Below, piece after piece: positions 20,821 through 30,990 of a DNA stretch of 64,000 nt. The DNA is from Nitrosopumilaceae archaeon. Lineage in GTDB: Archaea > Thermoproteota > Nitrososphaeria > Nitrososphaerales > Nitrosopumilaceae. The stretch spans positions 1,280,001-1,344,000 of the forward strand of contig OZ242365.1 of assembly GCA_965208905.1 (NCBI GenBank), read 5' to 3'. Below the pieces are notes generated by a model. The model made no database searches, was not told the origin of the DNA, and saw only the letters and a program-made list of their open reading frames with translations. The translations under genes and the position numbers were made by a program. Position 1 is the first letter of the stretch. Each line of letters begins with the position of its first letter.

Positions 20821-21928
20821 TCTGTCCCATCTGGGACCTCATCTGAATAATTTAAGATATAATGGAATATATCGTACACTACAACATGGACAAACCAAAG
20901 GAACTCGTATTATAATAGATGGAAAGAGTATGATAAATTTAGGTTCCAACAATTATCTGGGAATATCATTAAATGATGATATTGGTGAACATTCGTCCAG
21001 TTCTAGATTGATATCTGGCAACCACACATCATATGATACACTTGAAAACATATTGGCATCGAATCATTCTCATGAACGGGCACTTGTATATCCAACTGGA
21101 TACATGGCAGTGTTAGGTGCGATCACATCTTTGGGCGCATCAAACTGTACCATACTCAGCGATCAACTAAATCATGCTAGTATAATAGATGGTTGTAGGC
21201 TGTCTAATAGTAAAATTCGTATATTTGAGCATAATGATATGGATGATCTACGAATCAAAATACGTGATATCGATACTGAGGATATACTGATAGTTACTGA
21301 GGGGATATTTAGTATGGACGGCGACTACTCTTTGCTACCAGAGATTGTGGAGGTGGCAGAAGAACATAACGCATTCATATTGTTGGATGATGCTCATGGG
21401 GACTTTGTGGTGGGGAATGGACATGGAACAGCTGCTGAACTCTCGGTGGAGGGTACCATATATGCCACGGTAAGTAGTCTGAGTAAAGGGTTGGGGGCTC
21501 TTGGTGGCTATGTCTCTAGCAATAACGAAGTTGCAGATGTTCAGGTGAATAGTTCTAGACCATTTGTATATACATCCGCCTTGCCACAGGGCCTCATATG
21601 TAATGCCATAAGAAGACTGGAGATGGACTTGGATCTACGCCGACAGCAACTATGCCGCAACGTACGTCGATTAAGCAAGGGTTTGGAGAGTCTGGGGCTG
21701 TGTTCTGGAAGCCAGTCTCATATAATACCAATAGTGATCGGAGATGAACAACGTGCAGTTAGATTTGCAGAAAAGTTGGCTGCCTCGGGCATATATGCAA
21801 AAGCCATACGATACCCCACTGTGCCATACAACTCGGCAAGAATTCGAGTATCTGTTACGGCAACCATGTCCGACCAAGATATGGAAGATATACTGTCGGG
21901 TTTTGAGTCTGCTCAGAGATTAACGTAA
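20810..21928 (+). CDS. bioF: 8-amino-7-oxononanoate synthase
   Basis: SNNYLG, NHASIIDG, FSMDGD, DDAH, SLSK; follows bioB. Confidence 0.9.
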   Translation: MKHNLSHLGPHLNNLRYNGIYRTLQHGQTKGTRIIIDGKSMINLGSNNYLGISLNDDIGEHSSSSRLISGNHTSYDTLENILASNHSHERALVYPTGYMAVLGAITSLGASNCTILSDQLNHASIIDGCRLSNSKIRIFEHNDMDDLRIKIRDIDTEDILIVTEGIFSMDGDYSLLPEIVEVAEEHNAFILLDDAHGDFVVGNGHGTAAELSVEGTIYATVSSLSKGLGALGGYVSSNNEVADVQVNSSRPFVYTSALPQGLICNAIRRLEMDLDLRRQQLCRNVRRLSKGLESLGLCSGSQSHIIPIVIGDEQRAVRFAEKLAASGIYAKAIRYPTVPYNSARIRVSVTATMSDQDMEDILSGFESAQRLT

Positions 21929-22036
21929 CTGATCAAAGTTACCAAACATGGGAGAACCCACAAAGAATGCTGCCACAATTATTGCGCCTAGCACCACGCC
22001 AATTATAATAAACCGCTTATTCAATAATATTGCCAT
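21920..22036 (-). CDS. Small single-TM protein (38 aa)
   Basis: MAILLNKRFIIIGVVLGAIIVAAFFVGSPMFGNFDQLR. Confidence 0.55.
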   Translation of the reverse strand: MAILLNKRFIIIGVVLGAIIVAAFFVGSPMFGNFDQLR

Positions 22037-22105
22037 TTAATTGCTAAAATAAAACGTTTCTATGACAGCAATATCTATTTAGCAAGCTAACTTATACATC
22101 ATGTA

Positions 22106-22765
22106 ATGCCGCAGATTGGTGAAAAGGCTCCCGAACTTGCTATATCTGAGTGGGTACAGGGACTCCCCACTACTTTTGCCGACGAGAGGGATCATGTAGT
22201 CTTAGTGGAGGTCTTTCAGGTGAACTGCCCGGGCTGTTTTCTGTACGGAATACCCGAGGCAATAAACATATACAACCAATATGCTGATGATGGTATTCGT
22301 GTAATGGGTGTAGCTACTGCCTTTGAAGATTATGACAAGAACACGTTAGAGAATTTACATGCCCTAGCAGAGCATGGGACCGTTATAGGTGAGACTCACC
22401 GTGCACTAAAACAGTACGGACAACTAGAGAACGGCACCCTTCCTTACAAGATCCCCTTTCCATTGGGTATGGATGAGTTGACACGGGTCAATGGGCAGGT
22501 GAGTGATGATTATATAATGGCATACATCAAAGCTCAACTTCCAGACTTTGATAATGAGAGTTTAAGTCGTCGTCAGGATATAATACAGAGAGTTCGAAAC
22601 TATATGTCGACAAAAGAGTACTCGGCCAAAACATTTGAGATGTATGCACTGCGCGGAACACCATCTACAATACTGATTGACCGGCGGGGTATACTTCGTG
22701 ATGTCGCTTTTGGACAGACTGGTACAATAGAGAGCAAAGTTGTAAAACTTCTTCAAGAAGACTAG
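22106..22765 (+). CDS. Redoxin/TlpA-like thiol-disulfide protein
   Basis: GEKAPEL, FQVNCPGC, GTPSTILIDRRG. Confidence 0.85.
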   Translation: MPQIGEKAPELAISEWVQGLPTTFADERDHVVLVEVFQVNCPGCFLYGIPEAINIYNQYADDGIRVMGVATAFEDYDKNTLENLHALAEHGTVIGETHRALKQYGQLENGTLPYKIPFPLGMDELTRVNGQVSDDYIMAYIKAQLPDFDNESLSRRQDIIQRVRNYMSTKEYSAKTFEMYALRGTPSTILIDRRGILRDVAFGQTGTIESKVVKLLQED

Positions 22766-22877
22766 TGCTCCAATGCATCCTATTGTATATAATATCATAA
22801 ACCTCCAAATTTTACTACGACATCGCAATCTGTTCATGATACAATTCTGGTAAACCTTGACTCTTGCCTGGAAAGCC

Positions 22878-23330
22878 CTATTTCATAGAAAATCGTTTTT
22901 TCATGCTGGGGTCTTTGTATATTCGAGGGTGCATTACATCAGCCAATATCACCTCAAACCAATAATGCACTCCGTCTTTGTAAACAAAGTATGAGCCTAC
23001 CAGACGCATATTGGGATATCTCTCTAGGACTCTATTTTCGGCGACTGTGCGCATGTTGATGGCAGCCTTTATTTTGGTCACACCAAGATGTTTGGGCCTA
23101 CGGCCTCCCTGAGGCCTCTTCTTTCGCATACCACCGGTACCAACCCTCATTCTAACTACTACGATTCCTTGTTTGGCTTTATAGCCCAAACGTCGGGCCC
23201 GCTCTATTCTACTGGGACGGTCTATTCGTGTAATGGCGTTCTGTTTTCTCCAAGACACAATTCGCTGCCTAATGTCTAGCGAATTCTTTCGCCATAACTG
23301 TACCCATTGTGCGTCTTGATGGTTTACCAT
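22878..23330 (-). CDS. rpl15e: 50S ribosomal protein L15e
   Basis: ARRLGYKAKQG, GRRPKHLG, WFEVILAD. Confidence 0.95.
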   Translation of the reverse strand: MVNHQDAQWVQLWRKNSLDIRQRIVSWRKQNAITRIDRPSRIERARRLGYKAKQGIVVVRMRVGTGGMRKKRPQGGRRPKHLGVTKIKAAINMRTVAENRVLERYPNMRLVGSYFVYKDGVHYWFEVILADVMHPRIYKDPSMKKRFSMK

Positions 23331-23644
23331 ATACGCAGTACAGTAAAACCCCCTTTATTAACTAGTACTTTGGTGAATCCGATACTACTAAAGTTCACGT
23401 ATCCAAAAACCCAAAGTAAATGTTGAGGATTGGTATGTTTGATCATGATGTGCACCACATTCTAAACTGTGTAATTTGAGAGTGCATAATCCGTAGAATG
23501 TCTAGACTAATGTCAGTTTTTGGCATATGCGACTTGTATAACTTTGATGTATCATAGACGGGAGTCAGGTGATGTTGGTTGATTGCCTAGTTTGATGGAC
23601 AGTTTAGATGCAAGATGTAGATTCTTTTTTAAATTGGCTTTGTA

Positions 23645-24271
23645 ATGTATGTTAAAATGGTAATTCAATACATGTTTATTTTGATTCTGTGTATATCTGG
23701 TATATCTTATGCGTTTGCTGAACCATTGATGGTATACACGGATAAGCAGATATACAATCATGGTGATCATATCGTAATAACCATAACTGTTCAGGACGTA
23801 ACTGGAAACAACGCCATCATGTATATTCGAGACTCTTACAACGTGACTAGCTCACCCATCCCCATACCTGTATCTGACAGTAACACCGTGTGGTCAGCAC
23901 CATTTCCGTTTGAGCGTGAAGTATTCGCCGAAGATACATATCATGTCGATGTGACATATGGAGACTTGTTTGCCAGTACATCATTTCAGATAGTGGATAT
24001 TGGTAATGTTGTAGTTCCGATATGGGTAAAACAAGTAGCATACTTATGGGCAAATGGTGAGGTCTCTACTTCTCATTACATTGATGCCCTCGAAAATTTA
24101 CAAAACCTTGGCATAATGCAGACTAGCAGTGATTATTATGAGGATGATCCATTCATACCATATTGGTTAAGCGGTATAACCATGTGGTGGCTAGGTGGGC
24201 TGGTTAGCGATGATGAGTATGTTACAATGATGCAATACTTGGCCAATAATGGTATAATTCACGGTCTATGA
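23645..24271 (+). CDS. Secreted protein with thaumarchaeal IPxW..WW repeats
   Basis: Signal peptide ending YAFA; [12 protein letters not shown] and [12 protein letters not shown]. Confidence 0.75.
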   Translation: MYVKMVIQYMFILILCISGISYAFAEPLMVYTDKQIYNHGDHIVITITVQDVTGNNAIMYIRDSYNVTSSPIPIPVSDSNTVWSAPFPFEREVFAEDTYHVDVTYGDLFASTSFQIVDIGNVVVPIWVKQVAYLWANGEVSTSHYIDALENLQNLGIMQTSSDYYEDDPFIPYWLSGITMWWLGGLVSDDEYVTMMQYLANNGIIHGL

Positions 24272-25186
24272 ACTTTTTTGTCTATTTCTATATCTGTTGC
24301 GCAGTCTACCAGGTAGCCAGAGTACTAACAGAATGCCCACGGCTAGTGAGAACCCTGCCGTAGCTGCAACTCCAAGTTGCAGTCCAGCACCCTGAGTTTT
24401 ATACTCCACAGCACCACTTGTAGTGGGAGTTGTTCCACCTGATGATGTGGCTACACATTGATTATCAACAAGAGTTGTACCTGGACCACATGTCAACTCT
24501 TTTTGTACACATTGACCATCCATGACTTCTGCACCACTTGGACACTCTAGTGTTACTGCATCTGCTAAGGCCTGATACTCTGATTCTGTTATGCCCAAAC
24601 CTTCGTAGAATGGTATATCTGAATAGTACTCGTTGTACCACGCAGTAAATGTATTATCATTCAGATATCTGTCTACGTATGTACTCAACTCCACACCAGG
24701 CTCGACAAAGCTTAACGGTCCAACATCCATGGCAGTATCGGTTATTGCAGGCGATATTGTAATCGGCTCTACTACAGCCGGCTCTACCACAACAGATTCT
24801 ACGTCGGACATGCCTGTAGATTCAACTACAAAGACTAGACCAGTTAGAGTTAACGTAACTTCGCCGATGGGGACATTTATCTGCAATGTAGTATCCGTAT
24901 CAGATTGGTCTTGCTCAAACTCTACCGAAGTACCATCAACAAGAGCATCAAAACTATCTCCCAGCATTAACAGGGAGTTGTCCATAGTTATTGTGATTGT
25001 CTCATCATAGGTTAACAGATCAAAGACTACCATATCCTCAAAGTCATCAACCGTGACAGATATGGTATCGCCACCATCCAGCATAATGCCGGGTACCTCT
25101 TGAGCCATCACATCGCCAACAACTACAGTGGAGATCCCGATCAAGAGTAAGAGTACGGCTGATTGTAACTTTGCGTTATTCAACAT
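24266..25186 (-). CDS. Membrane-anchored surface protein
   Basis: Signal peptide, acidic domain, CPSG/CGPGT..C repeats, C-terminal TM with basic tail. Confidence 0.75.
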   Translation of the reverse strand: MLNNAKLQSAVLLLLIGISTVVVGDVMAQEVPGIMLDGGDTISVTVDDFEDMVVFDLLTYDETITITMDNSLLMLGDSFDALVDGTSVEFEQDQSDTDTTLQINVPIGEVTLTLTGLVFVVESTGMSDVESVVVEPAVVEPITISPAITDTAMDVGPLSFVEPGVELSTYVDRYLNDNTFTAWYNEYYSDIPFYEGLGITESEYQALADAVTLECPSGAEVMDGQCVQKELTCGPGTTLVDNQCVATSSGGTTPTTSGAVEYKTQGAGLQLGVAATAGFSLAVGILLVLWLPGRLRNRYRNRQKSS

Positions 25187-25226
25187 ATGGCATACAAACT
25201 TCCTAAATTAAAACGATTACTAAACA

Positions 25227-26153
25227 TTAAATTACTCCACGTTCAATTTGAACCAATTTTTCTGCTATTACGTGGGCCGCTAACTTTTGTGCTTCGACAG
25301 TCTGTGCCCCCAAGTGAGGAGTCATTACTACATTATCGAGATTAGATAGTGGCGTATTGTCGGGAGGTTCGGTCTCAAAGACATCAAGTGCCGCGCCACC
25401 CAAATCTCCATTCTTTAATGCTGTATATAGGGCCGCCTCGTCAATTATTCCGCCTCGAGATGTGTTTATTAGACAAGCCGTCTTCTTCATTAGAGACAAC
25501 TTTTCGGCATTTATCATGTATCTGGTAGATTCTAGCAGTGGTACATGCAACGACACATAATCTGAACTCTGCAAGAGGGTACCCAGATCAGTCTTTATCA
25601 ATCCCACCTCCTGCACAAACTCGGGATTGATTGGTACTACATCATATCCAATGATATTCATGTTGAATGCTCGAGCCAACCGACCCAGTCGTTGCCCAAT
25701 ATTTCCCAAACCAACAATTCCTAAATACTTGCCTTTCAACTCGGTCCCCTTGAGACCCTTCTTCTCCCACACTCCTTCTCGCATGGTTCTATCTGCCCGG
25801 GGTACATGTCTGGCCAGAGACAGCATCAATGACATCACCAGCTCAGCTACTGCATTCATGGCGCCCTCTGCGGCGTTTATAACACGTATTCCCTTTAACT
25901 TTGCAGCTTCTTGATCAATATTATCCAAGCCAACCCCTACACGAGCTATAATTTTGCAGTCTTTGGCGGAGTCTATTATCTCGGCAGTTACTTTAGTCCT
26001 GCTGCGGACCACTAGGGTATCATACTGTTTTGCAATGCGCAATAGTTCATCCTGAGTTACTTCGGGCTTGTAGTTGACTTCCATCCCGTTATCCTTTAGG
26101 ATTTTTGGTAGTATGCCATCCACAGCATCACACACCAACACCCTCTGTGCCAT
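25227..26153 (-). CDS. serA: D-3-phosphoglycerate dehydrogenase
   Basis: VRSRTKV, GLGNIG, NTSRG, LDVFETEP, TPHLGAQT. Confidence 0.9.
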   Translation of the reverse strand: MAQRVLVCDAVDGILPKILKDNGMEVNYKPEVTQDELLRIAKQYDTLVVRSRTKVTAEIIDSAKDCKIIARVGVGLDNIDQEAAKLKGIRVINAAEGAMNAVAELVMSLMLSLARHVPRADRTMREGVWEKKGLKGTELKGKYLGIVGLGNIGQRLGRLARAFNMNIIGYDVVPINPEFVQEVGLIKTDLGTLLQSSDYVSLHVPLLESTRYMINAEKLSLMKKTACLINTSRGGIIDEAALYTALKNGDLGGAALDVFETEPPDNTPLSNLDNVVMTPHLGAQTVEAQKLAAHVIAEKLVQIERGVI

Positions 26154-26305
26154 GAATTGCGTGTATAGTACACCTCATATATGGATATTGGGTAAATCTC
26201 TGATATGTCGTACCCAGACCTTTTGTGGTGCCAAAGAGTTGCATATACTGTTGATAGGGACTGCAACAATAAAGCATATTCAAAAAATGAAAATAAAAAA
26301 AGTTT

Positions 26306-27694
26306 CTAAGATGGTAATCCTAAGCTTTCAAAGGCTGTCCAAAGAGCAATTGCTCCTTCGTCAATCTTTTGCTGAGCAGCTTCGTCAGTGTACAATCCGT
26401 GTACGTTTATTGCTGGATGAGCAATGCTGTTCATGCCCATGGGTGGAACCGCATCACTGGGGTTGCCTATTGCATAAGCATAAGATGGTCCTGTACCCAA
26501 CCCTGCACCTTCAAGTGTCGGGTTTAGGCCAAAGTAGTCCCCAGCCACAAACACTGTGGCAGCTCCGGTGTAGATTGCAGCATAATCGTGGTTGACTGCG
26601 GCATATGTACCAGGTTCATCAAAGACAAGATCTACGATCATGTTCTGTGAACCGCCCAATAACCATGTCTCAGTTGCAGCCGACTGTACTCTGTTGCCTT
26701 GTATCACTCTGTCTAGTATCTCACCCACTATGTGGAAGTATACTGGCTCATTGCCTTGGTTCTCTACGAAGATTCTTACGTGTTGGTCAGTCTCAACATA
26801 CAGTAACTGGGATTGATACTGCTTAAACTCAGACTCATTCCATGGCTGAGCCACGAATATGTTTGAGTTTGCGTCACCCTTGATCAAGTAGTTATGAACT
26901 CCGTTGGGCACATACCCAAATTGCATGCCGTTAACAACGGTTGCAGTGTTTTGGTGTTTGTGCATTGCAACTGCATCATATGTACCTGCATCAGTAAGGT
27001 ATAGTTGGTTATACTGTAGTTGGAACTCCAATGCATCAGCACTGTAGTACTGTCTATCTAGAACAACTTCTCCGTTTTCGACTTTGGTCTTTTCTACCAT
27101 TAATCTGTCGTAGCCGTCAATTGGATCAACAATTGCTATACCATACATACCAGACAGTACGTGCTGGTCCATGGCTAACAAGTCTACACCAGAACAGTGA
27201 TACTTGAAGACACCTGCAGATTCGGCAATGTAGCAGTAGGTAGCAGACTCACCTGGTTGTACTGCGCCAAAGTAGGCAGAGGACATCTGAGATGAGTGCA
27301 TGTCGTTACCGTGTGCGGTCATTTCCTCAGCTGGTATTGTGAGTGTCATCTTTACAACATCACCTTGTGTAACACGAAGCGTTGGTCCTGGTACTTGACC
27401 ATTAAAGACCATGGCATAGTACTCACCACCACCCATTATTGGCAACATTACAGATTCGCCAATTAGGTTAAACTCTACCACGTTACGGCCACTATTCTCC
27501 AATGCACCGCAGTCTGTTTCGGCAAATGCTTCTGGCATTACCAATTGAAGACCGCCCATGGCATGGATTTGTTCAATAATAGGATCGACTTCCATGGCTT
27601 GTAGTTGAGATGTACTATAGTTACTACCAAGTAATATTGCTCCAACAATGGCGACTGTTGCCACTGAAAGAATTAAACTAGTAGTCTTTTTCAT
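26306..27694 (-). CDS. nirK: Copper-containing nitrite reductase (AOA type)
   Basis: FNGQVPGPTLRV, HGNDMH, YHC..HVLSGM, FHIVGE, VNHD. Confidence 0.93.
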   Translation of the reverse strand: MKKTTSLILSVATVAIVGAILLGSNYSTSQLQAMEVDPIIEQIHAMGGLQLVMPEAFAETDCGALENSGRNVVEFNLIGESVMLPIMGGGEYYAMVFNGQVPGPTLRVTQGDVVKMTLTIPAEEMTAHGNDMHSSQMSSAYFGAVQPGESATYCYIAESAGVFKYHCSGVDLLAMDQHVLSGMYGIAIVDPIDGYDRLMVEKTKVENGEVVLDRQYYSADALEFQLQYNQLYLTDAGTYDAVAMHKHQNTATVVNGMQFGYVPNGVHNYLIKGDANSNIFVAQPWNESEFKQYQSQLLYVETDQHVRIFVENQGNEPVYFHIVGEILDRVIQGNRVQSAATETWLLGGSQNMIVDLVFDEPGTYAAVNHDYAAIYTGAATVFVAGDYFGLNPTLEGAGLGTGPSYAYAIGNPSDAVPPMGMNSIAHPAINVHGLYTDEAAQQKIDEGAIALWTAFESLGLPS

Positions 27695-28112
27695 TGCGTA
27701 TAAAGCAATATTGTAATTATATATTTGTTTATCGTATCAACATTTGTTGGTGCAAAAGTCGTACTTATCAGAGTGACCCACCACAGTATATTGTCTCTTA
27801 TTGGTGCTTTTGGCTCCGCCTATGCCTAGCTTGAAGATCAATTTTATTTTAGTATATTTAAGGTAAGACCTGAAAATTTTTCTGATTTAGGATGTCAATG
27901 AGTATATCCTCACACTATGTGTATGCCTATCTAAATCAGAAGTGATTGCAGTCCAAGTCTGCACCTGAGGTCTGCGTAAGTTGTAACAATGATGGTTGTG
28001 ACCTGACATATGATATCTTAATTATGTGAGCAGTTGGATTATTCGTATCTTAGATTTGAAGTGTACGCGATACAACTACAAATTCAAATAATGGAATATG
28101 TCATGCAAAACA

Positions 28113-29508
28113 ATGTCAGTTAGATATGACGAGGACTCTTTGGGGAAGGTAGAGGTGCCCAGTGAGGCATACTATGGAGCATTCACTGCTAGGGCTTTAA
28201 AACAGTACCAAGTAACAGGCCTATAGGGCTTTAAAACAGTACCAAGTAACAGGCCATGCATCACATCCAGCACTGAGAGACTCGTTTGTCATGATAAAAC
28301 GATCTGCTGCAATAGCAAATATGCGTACCAACTCCTTGGATACTGTAAAGGGGGATGCCATCACTCAAGCATGTGATGATATACTGAATGGCAATCTAAC
28401 TGAGTGGTTTGTTGTAGATATGATAAACTCTGGAGCCGGTACTGCATTTAATATGAATACAAATGAGGTCATTGCAAATGCAGCCCTGCGCATATTGGGC
28501 AAAAACTTAGGTGAGTATCAGCATTTACATCCAAACGATCATGTAAACATGTCTCAGTCAAGCAACGATACATATCCCACCGCTATGCATATGTCAATTT
28601 TGATGGGTGCAAACAAGCTGATACCTGAACTGAATCTACTGATAAGATCCCTACAAAGTAAGGCTGAAGAGTTCAGCAAATTTCGTAAGATAGGACGGAC
28701 TCACCTTATGGATGCATTACCACTTACACTGGGCGATGAGTTTGCAGCATATGTTGTTGCAGTGACCAAGTGTACTAAATTGGTACAATATACAATAAAA
28801 GAGTTGTACCCGGTGGCGCTAGGTGGGACGGCAGTGGGTAGTGGGGCCAATACACCAGATGGTTATCGCAGTATTGTGATATCTGAGTTGGCAAACATAT
28901 CATCATTGCCTCTGGTTATGGAACCCGATATGCGACATGGACTACAGAGTCGGTTTGCCGCAGCCGCATTCTCTGGAGCACTACGGGGCCTGGCAGCTGA
29001 GTTGGGCAAGATATCCAACGATATACGGCTTATGGCATCTGGACCCATGGCAGGCCTCTCGGAGATTGGAATTCCTGCTGTACATGCAGGTTCATCCATA
29101 ATGCCCGGCAAGGTAAACCCGTCACTGGCAGAATGTATGAATATGATATGCTACAATGTTATGGGAAACGATGCATCCGTATCGATGGCTGCAGGCGCCG
29201 GTCAGTTTGAGTTGAATGTAATGCTACCAGGTATGCTAAAGTGCATCTTGGAATCTACAGACATGTTGTATAGGTTTATCCCTGTATTTCGTGCCAATTT
29301 AATAGAGGGCTTGACAGCAAATACTGCGCGATTACAGAGTGATATGCAGCGCAGCCCAGTTATAGTGACTCTTTTGGCACCTAAAATAGGCTACCAAAAA
29401 TCTGCACAATTATACAAAGAGTCTCTGGCTACCGGCAAGACAATACGCGACTTGGTAATATCTTTGAATTTAATGACCGCCGATGAGGTGGATGAGTTAC
29501 TATCCTGA
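28113..29508 (+). pseudogene. fumC: Class II fumarase/aspartase, frameshifted by a 34-bp duplication
   Basis: N-terminus MSVRYDEDSLGKVEVPSEAYYG from 28113 stops at TAG 28224-26; remainder (HPNDHVN, GRTH, GSSIMPGKVNP) is in another frame; removing 34 bp restores one frame. Confidence 0.85.
28190..28255. repeat. 32-bp direct repeat separated by TA
   Basis: TAGGGCTTTAAAACAGTACCAAGTAACAGGCC at 28190-28221 and 28224-28255. Confidence 0.95.
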
Positions 29509-30770
29509 TGGCTCGCATATACGTTGAAGCTCATGGATGTGCCGCCAGTTATTCGGATTCTGAGATGATATCAGGTATATTGTCTGGAGCGGGTCATACA
29601 CTTACCGGTGATAGGAGTGAATCTGACATAGGCGTGTTGGTCACATGCTCGGTCAAGGATGCGACTGCGAACAAGATGATACATCGAATTAAGACCATGG
29701 GAGATCGACCTTTGGTGGTGGCAGGATGTATGCCCAAAGCAGAACAAAAGACTGTGGAGAAGTTTGCAGACAATGCTAGTTTAATGGGCCCTAACTCTAT
29801 AGGGAGTACTCTTGATGTGGTGAATGATACACTAGTTGGTATACGTCGAGAGGAGCTGAATGTTGATAAATCTGACAAACTTACTCTTCCCAGAGTACGA
29901 ATAAATCAGTCCATATCCATAGTGCAGATAGCAACAGGATGCATGAGCGACTGCTCATTCTGTCAAACTAAATTGGCCAAGGGCGACATATCCAGTCATC
30001 GTATAGGTGATATAGTTAGGCAAGTACGTCATGATGTACAGGATGGCTGTAAAGAGATATGGTTGAGCAGTACAGATAATGGGTGCTACGGATTAGACAT
30101 AGGTACTGACCTGCCTAGCCTGATCAATGCTATAGTGAAGATAGATGGTGATTTTATGATACGTGTGGGAATGATGAACCCAATGTATATGCCTCGTATA
30201 CGGGACTCTTTGTTAAAGTCGTATGAGTCAGAGAAAGTGTACAAATTTTTACACCTACCCGTACAGAGTGGAAGTGATGATACGCTGATGGGAATGCGTC
30301 GTGGCCATACCAGTAAAACCTTTCGTAGTGTAGTTGAACAGTTCCGACGTAAGTTTCCACGCAGTACCATCTCCACAGACATAATAGTGGGATTTCCCAC
30401 AGAGACCGATGAGGATTTTGCTGGCACTGTATCATTAATCAAAGATATGCGTCCAGATATGGTAAATCTGTCTCGGTATGCTGCAAGACCCGGCACCGAA
30501 GCTGCACAGATGACCCAAATCAGTCCGGATATCGTAAAACAGAGGAGTCGCACACTACATGACATTACTAGGAGGCTATCTCTAGAGTCAAACAAACAAT
30601 GGATTGGATGGCAAGGCGAGGTGTTATTCTCGGAGATGTCCTCAGGCGGAGTACGAGGGCGCAACAAAGCGTACAGACCCATACATGTTGATGGAGCAGA
30701 ACTATCTGTATGCCAGAATGTTTTGGTAAATAATGCCACCGAACATGGCTTAGCTGGGATAATTGTATAA
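29508..30770 (+). CDS. tRNA methylthiotransferase (MiaB/e-MtaB family)
   Basis: HGC..TCSV..GC UPF0004 domain, CMSDCSFC, HLPVQSG, TRAM-like C-terminus. Confidence 0.92.
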   Translation: MARIYVEAHGCAASYSDSEMISGILSGAGHTLTGDRSESDIGVLVTCSVKDATANKMIHRIKTMGDRPLVVAGCMPKAEQKTVEKFADNASLMGPNSIGSTLDVVNDTLVGIRREELNVDKSDKLTLPRVRINQSISIVQIATGCMSDCSFCQTKLAKGDISSHRIGDIVRQVRHDVQDGCKEIWLSSTDNGCYGLDIGTDLPSLINAIVKIDGDFMIRVGMMNPMYMPRIRDSLLKSYESEKVYKFLHLPVQSGSDDTLMGMRRGHTSKTFRSVVEQFRRKFPRSTISTDIIVGFPTETDEDFAGTVSLIKDMRPDMVNLSRYAARPGTEAAQMTQISPDIVKQRSRTLHDITRRLSLESNKQWIGWQGEVLFSEMSSGGVRGRNKAYRPIHVDGAELSVCQNVLVNNATEHGLAGIIV

Positions 30771-30836
30771 AATACACTATTCTCAAAGATCACAAGATGG
30801 ATTGGCATAATAATTATGCCTTCTTAAGCTTCTGTA

Positions 30837-30990
30837 GGGAATTATGTACAAAAGTACACAGCCTCGGCTGTACACTCATGCCTTTTCTGACGACCTCGTT
30901 GTATAGAACGGAGCATGGCGGGTGTTGGCTTGTAGCCCTTCTTATGCCCCGGCCGTCTAAGGACGACGTTCCCCGCCGCCCGATGCAAAA
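30837..30990 (-). ncRNA. Putative omega/reRNA scaffold overlapping the tnpB 3' end
   Basis: GC-rich non-domain ORF tail with hairpins, incl. GTGTACAGC-CGAG-GCTGTGTAC (30875-30854); position expected for TnpB RNAs; boundaries inferred. Confidence 0.5.

Noticed and set aside
28190-28255. 32-bp direct repeats as a mini-CRISPR
   Set aside because: Only 2 bp between copies, and the repeat is fumarase coding sequence
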